A stretch of DNA of 47,183 bases from Gemmatimonadales bacterium (GTDB lineage: Bacteria > Gemmatimonadota > Gemmatimonadetes > Gemmatimonadales > GWC2-71-9), in NCBI GenBank assembly GCA_036006105.1, contig DASYPZ010000009.1:1-47183 (forward strand). The letters are read 5' to 3'. The stretch's first letter is position 1, and every line of letters begins with the position of its first letter. The notes below the pieces were generated by a model, which was given only the letters and a program-made list of their open reading frames with translations, was not told the DNA's origin and did no database searches. Positions 25,992-33,305 of the stretch are shown here, piece by piece. A program made the position numbers and the translations under genes.

Positions 25992-27178
25992 AAGCTCCAG
26001 CCATTCCCCATCGTGAACACGAATCCATCGGGGCCGCCGGCAAAGTTCATGACCAGGGGCGCGCTGCGGAGCAGACGAATGGCGACTCCGCCCCCGCCGC
26101 CCACCTTCCAGTCGTCCAGGGTCCAGCGCAGGCCGGTATCCCCGAAGGCGCGCCCGCCGTCGACGAATCCGATCAGGGTGACGGCGCCCAGGTCGCCCAG
26201 GTCCAGCAGATTGTGCCGCACCTCGAAGCTGGCCAGCAGGACGCCGCGGCCGGCAAAGCGTCCCGGCACGAAGCTCCGATGGGAATCCGCCCCGCCGAGT
26301 ACCGTGATATCCCGCTCCCAGCCCGGCACGATATAGCGCGCGTCGAGGGGTGCGTGGGCGCCCAGCCCGCGCGCCAGGAACCGCCCGGCGAGGACCGTCC
26401 CGCTCCGGGGCGAGACGTACCCCCGCAGATGCAGGTATCCGCCGACGTATCCGTGATCGGTGAAGCTCACCGAATTCCCGTCGGGCGGAAATCCCGGAGG
26501 GATGAATCGAGACTCGAACCGTCCGGATCCCACGTAGGTCCCGGCCTCGAGGAGGACGCCCTTGCCGGGGATGTACTCGTCGTTCCGGGTATCCAGAATC
26601 AGGGTGAGTCGGCCGGTCAGATCGGTGCCGGACAGCGGCTCGGAGAAATAATCGCTGTCGAAGATCGAGCCGTCCTTCGACGAGGCAAAGCGATACTTGC
26701 TGAACGCACCCGCCGCCGCGACGGAGAGCGGCCCTGCGACTCGGCGGGTCACCTCACCGCGGAGGAAGTAGCGCGTGCGGCGGACGCGGAAGAACTCGTT
26801 CCCGAAGGCGCTGCTGGGCGTCAAGACTTCATTGGACCCATCGGGGCCGGTGCCGTAATACCCGAAGGTTCCCTCCCGGCTCGCCCCCGCATCGACGGCA
26901 AAGCGCCAGCCCGGCACCAGAAGCGGGGCCCGGAATTTGGCGGTCACGAAGCGGCTGTTGTTGGTGCTCCAGCCCCCATCGGCCGAAAAGATTCCATCGA
27001 AAGGGACCCGGGCCTCATAGGCCGCCGTGCGCGCCAGGTGGTAGTGACCCACCAGCATCAATCCGGTCGATGGATTTCCGATCAGGAAGGGGTAATAGCT
27101 CGCGCGCCACGGCACCGCGTCCTGCGCCGAGAGCGGGGCCGCGGCCAGCAGCAGCGCGAATGCGAAAACCCGGCGCAC
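25988..27178 (-). CDS. Omp85-family outer-membrane beta-barrel (bacterial surface antigen D15 domain) without POTRA domains
   Basis: Signal (V/M)RRVFAFALLLAAAPLSAQD. Barrel motifs LDTRNDEYIPGKG, LGGADSHRSFVPGRFAG, ASFEVRHNL. C-terminal ...GNGWSF ends in Phe. About 396 aa, so there is only room for the barrel. GTG at 27178 (5 nt after the upstream stop) is preferred; ATGs at 27211 and 27241 are alternatives. Confidence 0.75.
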   Translation of the reverse strand: MRRVFAFALLLAAAPLSAQDAVPWRASYYPFLIGNPSTGLMLVGHYHLARTAAYEARVPFDGIFSADGGWSTNNSRFVTAKFRAPLLVPGWRFAVDAGASREGTFGYYGTGPDGSNEVLTPSSAFGNEFFRVRRTRYFLRGEVTRRVAGPLSVAAAGAFSKYRFASSKDGSIFDSDYFSEPLSGTDLTGRLTLILDTRNDEYIPGKGVLLEAGTYVGSGRFESRFIPPGFPPDGNSVSFTDHGYVGGYLHLRGYVSPRSGTVLAGRFLARGLGAHAPLDARYIVPGWERDITVLGGADSHRSFVPGRFAGRGVLLASFEVRHNLLDLGDLGAVTLIGFVDGGRAFGDTGLRWTLDDWKVGGGGGVAIRLLRSAPLVMNFAGGPDGFVFTMGNGWSF

Positions 27179-27182
27179 GGCG

Positions 27183-28232
27183 CTACCGGGACGGATACAG
27201 GTATGCGCCATCGAGCAGCCGGGCACCCCCGGCGTCGTCACACGCGGCGTACTTGGTCGGGTAGAGCCCGGCGCAGCCGAATTCGCCCGCCTTGTTGATG
27301 GCGTAGAACTGAATCTGGAAGGTGGGCCGGCCCTCCGGGCCCAGCAGACCGGGCCGGGTCATGGCGACCAGCCGTTTGAGGGAGTCGAGGCAGGCGTCGA
27401 CCGGCTTCCTCCCCTGCCGCATGTGCTCCACCGTGAGAAACCCTCCGCAGACCATGATGTTCGCTTCGCCCAGGCCGGTGGATCCCGCGGCGCCGATTTC
27501 GTTGTCGGTATACTGTCCGGCGCCCACGATGGGGGAGTCGCCGGCCCGGCCCGGAATCTTGAAGGCGAGCCCCGCCGTGGTGGTGATCGAGGAGATCTCT
27601 CCCTTGTCGTTCACCACGTTCATGTTGATCGTGCCGGTCGGCCGGGCCATCGGCGGCGCGTTCTCGGGGACGTCCACGTAGTCATCCTTGGGTCCGCGGT
27701 TGGCGCGCCAGCGCAGCCACTTTTCCCGCGAGGCCGGGGTCAGCAGATCCTCCTCCTTGAAGCCGAACGACAGCGCGAACCGCTTGGCGCCTTCGCCGAC
27801 CAGGAGAATATGGTCGGTGTATTTGAGCACCAGGCGCGCCACTTCGCTCGGCGTCTTGATGCCTTCGAGCGCCGCGACCGCGCCGGCCCGCTTGCTGGGC
27901 CCGTGCATGCAGCTGGCGTCGAGCTGGACCACACCATCCTCATTCGGCAGGCCGCCGTATCCCACCGAATCGTCGTTGGGGTCGAGCTCCTGGATCTTCA
28001 CGCCTTCGACCGCGGCGTCCAGTGTATCGGTGCCCCGCTTCATGAGATCGGTCGCTACCCGGACGCCGAGCAGGCCGTTGGCGGAGCTCACGGCCGCGAA
28101 CTTGGAAACCGCCGCCCGTTTGACCCAGGGCGCGCCCGGCGGGGATGCCGCCAGCGTTTCCGGCAGGGCACTCCCCGCCGCGGCCAGCGCGGCCGTGCCC
28201 AGAAAGGTGCGTCGAGTCACGGAATCGGACAC
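27183..28232 (-). CDS. Asparaginase-2 family Ntn-hydrolase (glycosylasparaginase / isoaspartyl peptidase-like), Tat signal
   Basis: Twin-arginine signal VSDSVTRRTFLGTAALAAAGSA. Autoprocessing/nucleophile region PTGTINMNVV (compare DTIGMVV in glycosylasparaginases). GAGQYTDNEIGAAGSTGLGE. GTG at 28232 with GGGAG 6 nt upstream. The ORF-track start at 28346 is also GTG and would overlap the divergent gene. Confidence 0.82.
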   Translation of the reverse strand: MSDSVTRRTFLGTAALAAAGSALPETLAASPPGAPWVKRAAVSKFAAVSSANGLLGVRVATDLMKRGTDTLDAAVEGVKIQELDPNDDSVGYGGLPNEDGVVQLDASCMHGPSKRAGAVAALEGIKTPSEVARLVLKYTDHILLVGEGAKRFALSFGFKEEDLLTPASREKWLRWRANRGPKDDYVDVPENAPPMARPTGTINMNVVNDKGEISSITTTAGLAFKIPGRAGDSPIVGAGQYTDNEIGAAGSTGLGEANIMVCGGFLTVEHMRQGRKPVDACLDSLKRLVAMTRPGLLGPEGRPTFQIQFYAINKAGEFGCAGLYPTKYAACDDAGGARLLDGAYLYPSR

Positions 28233-28339
28233 GGCATGCTCCCGGAAGGAGGAAACGCGCGGCGTGGAACAGAGAATCAGGGGCAGGAGCCCACTCCTGT
28301 CAACTTGCCGGGTCCGGTGGCCGCCTCTACCTTCGGGAC

Positions 28340-29008
28340 GTGCCACTCCTGCCGAAATCCCTGCGCGGCCGCGCAGAGAGCCTCGACGCCGACCCCTTCA
28401 GTTATCTGCGAGGTGTGCTGGCCTTCTTTCTGGGCGGCGGGATCGTCGTGGCCCTGGTCCTGGGGCTCACCGGCACCGAGCCCCGGGCCCTGGTACTGGC
28501 CGGAGTACTCTGGACCCTGTTCGGCGTCTTGTCGGGGATGGTGGACTGGATCCTGGAACCGATGCTGGAATTTGGAGTGCAGGTGCTCACCAATGTGGGA
28601 CTGTCGCGACCCCAGGCGGGCTTCTCGGCCGAGGAGGCCATGGTCGCGCAGGGGCACTGCGACGTCGCGGCGGAAGCGTACCGGCTGCGGGCCAGGAACC
28701 CCCGCGAGCGGGTGGAGGCAACCATCCGGCGGGCCCGGTTGCTGGCCGGACCGCTCAAGGTCGCGCACGCCGCGGCCGGCGAGCTCAAGGACCTCCAGCG
28801 CAACGCCGAGCATCTTTCCCCCGGTGAGGACATGCAGCTGGGTCTGGCCCTGACCGAGCTCTATGAGCAGTGTCTCGCCGATCCCGGCCGCGCCATGGGT
28901 GAGGTTCGCCGGCTGATCGACCGCTACCCGGAGGCCCGGCAGACCCGACAGCTGCGCGGGCTGCTGGGCGCGCTCCACAGCCAGCACTCCGCCGGGACCG
29001 TTCCATGA
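28340..29008 (+). CDS. Hypothetical membrane protein (2 TM plus helical, TPR-like C-terminal region)
   Basis: Two hydrophobic helices (VLAFFLGGGIVVALVLGL, LVLAGVLWTLFGVLSGMV) are followed by an Ala/Arg/Leu-rich helical region. The stop overlaps the pncB start (ATGA 29005-29008). The GTG start at 28340 is tentative. Confidence 0.5.
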   Translation: MPLLPKSLRGRAESLDADPFSYLRGVLAFFLGGGIVVALVLGLTGTEPRALVLAGVLWTLFGVLSGMVDWILEPMLEFGVQVLTNVGLSRPQAGFSAEEAMVAQGHCDVAAEAYRLRARNPRERVEATIRRARLLAGPLKVAHAAAGELKDLQRNAEHLSPGEDMQLGLALTELYEQCLADPGRAMGEVRRLIDRYPEARQTRQLRGLLGALHSQHSAGTVP

Positions 29009-30063
29009 CCGCGCGCCTTCGGCTCGACCCCGCAATTTTCAATCTCCCGGTGGAGAAAATGCGGGCCGGATACTACTCGGACAAATACTTCACCCGGGCG
29101 CGGGAAATTCTCCTCGCGGATGCGCACCGGCCGCGGGTGACCATGCAGGTCTTCGGCAAGTCGGGGGCGTTCCTCGGCGGCATCGACGAGGCCATCGCAA
29201 TCCTCAAGCTCTGCGCCCTCGAGTGGAATAACCTCGAGGTCTGGGCGCTGCACGACGGCGACGCGATCGAGGCCTGGGAGACGGTCCTGCTGATCGAAGG
29301 GCCCTACGACGCCTTCGCCCACCTGGAGACGCTCTATCTGGGCGTGCTGGCCCGGCGCACCAAGGTCGGCACCAACACCCGGCGGGTGGTCGACGCCGCC
29401 CGGCCCAAGGAAATCATGTTCTTCCCCGCCCGGCACGATCACTGGCTGGTCCAGACCGGGGACGGCTGGGCCGCCCATATCGCCGGGGCCATCGGCGTGT
29501 CGACCGACGCCCAGGCCTCCTGGTGGGGCAGCCAGGGCGTCGGAACGGTCCCCCATGCCCTGATCGCGGCCTACGGCGGCGACACGGTGCTGGCCACCCG
29601 AAAGTTCGCCGACCACATCGACCCCACCGTGCGGCTGGTGTCTCTGGTCGACTTCGAGAATGACTGCGTCAAGAGCTCGCTCGAGGTGGCCGAGGCGCTG
29701 GGCGACCGGCTCTACGGCGTCCGGCTCGATACCAGCGAAATGCTGGTCGACCGGTCGATTCTTCCCCAGATGGGCCACTTCCGGCCCACCGGGGTATGCC
29801 CGCAGCTGGTGCTGAACGTCCGCGAAGCGCTCGACGCCCGGGGATTCACCGGCGTCAAGATCATCGTCTCGGGCGGATTTACCGTGGAAAAGATCCAGGA
29901 ATTCGAACGGCAGCGCGTGCCGGTGGACGCGTACGGGGTGGGCAGCTCGCTCTTTCAGGGGCGCTTCGACTTCACCGCCGACGTGGTGCGGCGCGAGGGC
30001 GTTCCCTGCGCGAAGGTCGGCCGGGAGTATCGCCCCAATCCCAGGCTGGAGCGGGTGGTCTAG
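29005..30063 (+). CDS. pncB: Nicotinate phosphoribosyltransferase (short, type II PRTase fold)
   Basis: N-terminus ...MRAGYYSDKYFTRAREIL, and the YGVRLDTSE and KIIVSGGF motifs of the NAPRTase/QAPRTase family. Followed directly by a nicotinamidase gene. Confidence 0.8.
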   Translation: MTARLRLDPAIFNLPVEKMRAGYYSDKYFTRAREILLADAHRPRVTMQVFGKSGAFLGGIDEAIAILKLCALEWNNLEVWALHDGDAIEAWETVLLIEGPYDAFAHLETLYLGVLARRTKVGTNTRRVVDAARPKEIMFFPARHDHWLVQTGDGWAAHIAGAIGVSTDAQASWWGSQGVGTVPHALIAAYGGDTVLATRKFADHIDPTVRLVSLVDFENDCVKSSLEVAEALGDRLYGVRLDTSEMLVDRSILPQMGHFRPTGVCPQLVLNVREALDARGFTGVKIIVSGGFTVEKIQEFERQRVPVDAYGVGSSLFQGRFDFTADVVRREGVPCAKVGREYRPNPRLERVV

Positions 30064-30080
30064 TGGGAAAGGAATCCGCC

Positions 30081-30710
30081 GTGAGCACGCTGTTCTGGGA
30101 TGTCGACACCCAATACGATTTCATGCACGCGGACGGGAAGCTCTACGTCACCGGCAGCGAGGAGATCATCCCGGTGCTGCAGCGGCTGACCCGCCATGCC
30201 CATCGGAACGGCATTCGCATCCTCGCCAGCGCCGACGACCATGTTACCGGCCACCGGGAGCTCTCGGAGGCGCCCGACTGGAAACAGACCTTTCCCGAGC
30301 ACTGCATGCGGGGCTCGCCCGGACAACGCAAGATCGCCGAGACCCATCTCAGAAATCCCATGGTGATCGAGCCGGAGCCCCGGGATCCCGTCGAGCTGGC
30401 CGCCGAGGTGCGGGCGCACGACGGGGACATTCTGTTTCACAAGCACTGGTTCGACGTCTTTACCAACCCGAACCTGCTCCCGGTACTCGATGCGCTGGGC
30501 CCGGACCGCGTCATCCTCTATGGCGTGGCCCTGGACGTGTGCGACAAGTACGCCATCGAAGGCCTCCTGGCCCACCGTCCTGGCCTTCCGATTACCCTGG
30601 TCACGGACGCGGTCCGCGCCATCGATGCCGATGCCGCCCCGGCCCTGCTGTCGGACTGGGAGCGGCGGGGCGTCCGGCTCGCCACGAGCACGGAGGTCCT
30701 GGCCGCATGA
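30081..30710 (+). CDS. pncA: Nicotinamidase / isochorismatase-family hydrolase
   Basis: LFWDVDTQYDF ... ADDH ... FPEHCMRGSPG ... VILYGVALDVCDKYA (catalytic Cys in the VALDxC context). GTG at 30081 is preceded by GGAAAGGAA. GTG at 30063 is an alternative. Confidence 0.82.
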   Translation: MSTLFWDVDTQYDFMHADGKLYVTGSEEIIPVLQRLTRHAHRNGIRILASADDHVTGHRELSEAPDWKQTFPEHCMRGSPGQRKIAETHLRNPMVIEPEPRDPVELAAEVRAHDGDILFHKHWFDVFTNPNLLPVLDALGPDRVILYGVALDVCDKYAIEGLLAHRPGLPITLVTDAVRAIDADAAPALLSDWERRGVRLATSTEVLAA

Positions 30711-31783
30711 GCGAGTTCGGACGCAACTTCCTGCCCGGCCCGACCGATGTGCGTCCCGAGGTGCTGGCGGCGCAGGCGCAACCGATGTTCGGTCACCGGG
30801 GCCCCCGGATGCAGGCGATGCATGCCGCCATGCAACCTTCGCTGCAGACCTGCCTCGGCACCGCGCAGCCGGTTTTCATCGCGACCTGCTCGGGGACCGG
30901 GCTGCTCGAGGCGGCGATCCGGAGCGGAGTTCGGGATCGGGTGCTGGTCCCGGTGGGCGGGTACTTCGGGGAATACCTTGCCCGGATCGCGGAGTCCTGC
31001 GGCAAGCATGCCCTTCGGGTGGAAGTCCATCCCGGCGCCGCCATCACTCCCGCCCAGCTGGACAAGTTCCTCGAAGGTCCGTCGGTCGATGCGGTGGCCG
31101 TGGTCCATTCCGAATCGTCGACCGGCGCGCTCGCGGATATCGCGGGTCTCGCCGAGGTGGTCCGGGCCCGAAAGGACGTGCTGTTGCTGGTGGACGGGGT
31201 GACGTCGGTGGGCGCGATGCCGATCCAGATGGATCAGTGGGGCGCGGATTTCTACTGCACCGGGTCCCAAAAGGCCATGGCGCTGCCTCCCGGCCTGGCG
31301 TTCGGCGCCGCGAGTCCGCGATTGCTGGAACGCGCCGAACGACAGCACGACGCGGGCTTCTATCTCTCGGTGCGGAAGCTGACCGCGATCGCCCGGGAGA
31401 ACCTGCCCTTCTGGACCCCGGCCGTGTCCCTGATCCTCGCCCTCGAGTGCCAGCTGGCTCGCATCGCCGAGTCGGGCGGATGGCCCGCTCGCTGGGAGCG
31501 GCATCGCCAGATGCTCGCGGTCATGGAGCGCTGGGCCGTGAACCGGCAGGATATCCGGCTCCTGGCGCGAGCCGGGGCGCGCTCGCCCGCCATTTCGAGT
31601 GTGGTGCTCCCCTCGTCGCACACACCCGCCGACGTGATGGCCTCCCTGGCCCAGGCCGGGTACCTGATCGGCGGTCCACTCGATTCCCGGACGCCCGACA
31701 TCATCCGTATCGGTCACATGGGAGATCTGGAGCCGGCCCACCTCGAAGCATTGCTCACCGCGCTCTCGGATCTGCTGGCATGA
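30707..31783 (+). CDS. Class-V pyridoxal-phosphate aminotransferase (serine-pyruvate / alanine-glyoxylate aminotransferase-like)
   Basis: NFLPGPTDVRPEVL start. TGLLEAAI ... LLLVDGVTSVGAMPI ... CTGSQKAMALPPGLAF (PLP lysine in SQK). ATGA overlap with pncA (30707-30710). Confidence 0.85.
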   Translation: MSEFGRNFLPGPTDVRPEVLAAQAQPMFGHRGPRMQAMHAAMQPSLQTCLGTAQPVFIATCSGTGLLEAAIRSGVRDRVLVPVGGYFGEYLARIAESCGKHALRVEVHPGAAITPAQLDKFLEGPSVDAVAVVHSESSTGALADIAGLAEVVRARKDVLLLVDGVTSVGAMPIQMDQWGADFYCTGSQKAMALPPGLAFGAASPRLLERAERQHDAGFYLSVRKLTAIARENLPFWTPAVSLILALECQLARIAESGGWPARWERHRQMLAVMERWAVNRQDIRLLARAGARSPAISSVVLPSSHTPADVMASLAQAGYLIGGPLDSRTPDIIRIGHMGDLEPAHLEALLTALSDLLA

Positions 31784-32343
31784 AGCGCCTGGTGCAGTAC
31801 TTCGTCCGGGGCCTCCTCGTGACCACACCGGTGGCCCTGACCCTGTGGATCTGCTGGTGGGCGGTGAGCACGATCGACAACCTGCTCCCGCTCGGCTTTC
31901 CCGGTGCCGGGATCCTGGTGACCGTCGCCGGCATCACGCTGGTCGGGGCATTGGCGGGAACCCTGGTAACCCGCGGGCTCCTGGCGGAAATCGAGCGCCT
32001 GCTCGAGGGGCTGCCCTTCGTCCGGATCGTGTACACCTCGATCAAGGACCTCCTCAACGCCTTCGTGGGCGAGCGGCGGCGCTTCAACCGTCCGGTGCGG
32101 ATCCGGCTCGATCAGGACGTCGACGTCTGGTACCTCGGCTTCGTCACCGCGGATTCGCTGGCCCACCTCGGCATGCCGGGGCACGTCGCCGTGTATCTCC
32201 CCTGGTCCTACAGCTTTGCCGGCCGGGTAATTCTGGTGCCCGCGGAGCAGGTGTATCCGATTTCGGGAGACAGCACCGATATGCTGGCCTTCATCATCTC
32301 GGGCGGTGTGGCCCGCTCGTCAGACCCCGCCGCCAAGAAGTGA
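31780..32343 (+). CDS. DUF502-family membrane protein
   Basis: MKRLVQYFVRGLLVTTPVALTLWICWWAV, a second TM helix, then ...PFVRIVYTSIKDLLNAF... is the characteristic DUF502 layout. ATGA overlap with the aminotransferase (31780-31783). Only the last 187 codons of ORF 30490-32343 are real. Confidence 0.75.
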   Translation: MKRLVQYFVRGLLVTTPVALTLWICWWAVSTIDNLLPLGFPGAGILVTVAGITLVGALAGTLVTRGLLAEIERLLEGLPFVRIVYTSIKDLLNAFVGERRRFNRPVRIRLDQDVDVWYLGFVTADSLAHLGMPGHVAVYLPWSYSFAGRVILVPAEQVYPISGDSTDMLAFIISGGVARSSDPAAKK

Positions 32344-32436
32344 CCTCACACCCTTAACAACCTCGATCGGTCGGCGTCGTTTTGGGTGGAAGCCGGAACG
32401 ATCCACCGCGATCGAACCAACTTTGTGAGGCGTGAG

Positions 32437-33237
32437 ATGAAAACGTTAATGCGTTATGGTGCATTTACTTGCGCCATCATCCTCGGTGCCTGTGGCAAGG
32501 ACGCCGCCGGACCGAATGTAGACACCCCGCTGGTCACGGCAGACCTCGCGGTCGTGGCTGCGGATGCGGCGGGTGAAGACGTGGACATCATGCGGGAGCC
32601 GGTCGTCTTCCCGTCGATGGCGGCGACCTTCGCACCCGGAAACGGAGATTTTAACCCGGTCAATTGCACCTACAACACCACCACGCAACGACTGGAATGT
32701 CCCCCGTTCACCCGGGACAACAGCCTGGTCGTGACCCGCAGCTACATGTTCTGGGATGCGTTCAACGTGGTGCAACAGGCCTACGACGCGCTGCTCACCG
32801 CGAAGGCGAACGTGCAGACCGATATCCAGGGAACCCGGACGACCGATCGCTGGAGCGCCGAGATCCATCGTTCCCGGGATCTGACTGTCACCGGGCTCCT
32901 GGGCACCGAGACGGAGCGGACCTGGAACGGCACCGGAGTCAGCGAGGCCACCCGGAGCCGCCACACCGACGGAGGCGACCGGTCCTACGATATCAGCTGC
33001 ACCCTGACGGTGAACAACGTCGTGGTGCCGGTCGAGCGCGGCGATGAGCGCTTCCCCACCGGAGGAACCATCACCCGGGTCTGCCTCATCACGTTCGTGG
33101 GTGGCCCCCGGGACGGGCAGACCGTGACCCGCACCGCGGTGGTCACCTTCAACGGGTCGGAGACCGCGACCCTGACCATCGGCGACAAGACCTTCGATAT
33201 CGATCTCAAGAGCCGGAACCGCACCCCCCGACCCTGA
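32437..33237 (+). CDS. Hypothetical lipoprotein (no recognisable family)
   Basis: Signal plus lipobox MKTLMRYGAFTCAIILGAC. Thr/Val-rich, beta-strand-like mature part. Own upstream spacer and a strong terminator downstream. The first ~100 nt are visibly richer in A/T-ending codons than neighbouring genes. Confidence 0.65.
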   Translation: MKTLMRYGAFTCAIILGACGKDAAGPNVDTPLVTADLAVVAADAAGEDVDIMREPVVFPSMAATFAPGNGDFNPVNCTYNTTTQRLECPPFTRDNSLVVTRSYMFWDAFNVVQQAYDALLTAKANVQTDIQGTRTTDRWSAEIHRSRDLTVTGLLGTETERTWNGTGVSEATRSRHTDGGDRSYDISCTLTVNNVVVPVERGDERFPTGGTITRVCLITFVGGPRDGQTVTRTAVVTFNGSETATLTIGDKTFDIDLKSRNRTPRP

Positions 33238-33262
33238 CCCGTTGAGTCAGGGTCGAACGGCG

Positions 33263-33300
33263 ACGGGGGGCCTGAGAGGCCCCCCGTTTCCGTTATTCTT
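33263..33300 (+). terminator. Rho-independent terminator
   Basis: Perfect 10-bp GC-rich stem ACGGGGGGCC (33263-33272) / GGCCCCCCGT (33278-33287) with 5-nt loop TGAGA, followed by the T-rich TTTCCGTTATTCTT. Lies 26 nt after the lipoprotein stop. Confidence 0.8.
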
Positions 33301-33305
33301 CTGCC

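Noticed and set aside
28282-28301. 8-bp hairpin (GGCAGGAG-ccca-CTCCTGTC) in the divergent spacer between the asparaginase and the TM/helical protein gene
   Set aside because: It lies between two divergent starts, so it is not a terminator. No second copy or partner site was seen, which is insufficient to call an operator.
24271-28853. Long alternative-frame or antisense ORFs (24271-25383 minus, 24597-25991 upstream part, 25910-27298 plus, 27423-28853 plus, 27688-28827 plus)
   Set aside because: No motifs and extreme Arg/Gly/Pro/Ala bias. Each overlaps a gene with clear family signatures (saccharopine dehydrogenase, Omp85, asparaginase).
30490-32343. 617-aa ORF apparently spanning pncA, the aminotransferase and DUF502
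   Set aside because: Only the last 187 codons (from ATG 31780) encode a sensible protein (DUF502). The upstream 430 codons are an out-of-frame read through two well-supported genes.
32437-33237. Calling the orphan lipoprotein locus a genomic island
   Set aside because: The compositional deviation is mild and confined mainly to the signal-peptide codons. There are no flanking direct repeats, no tRNA and no integrase. It is kept only as a low-interest finding.
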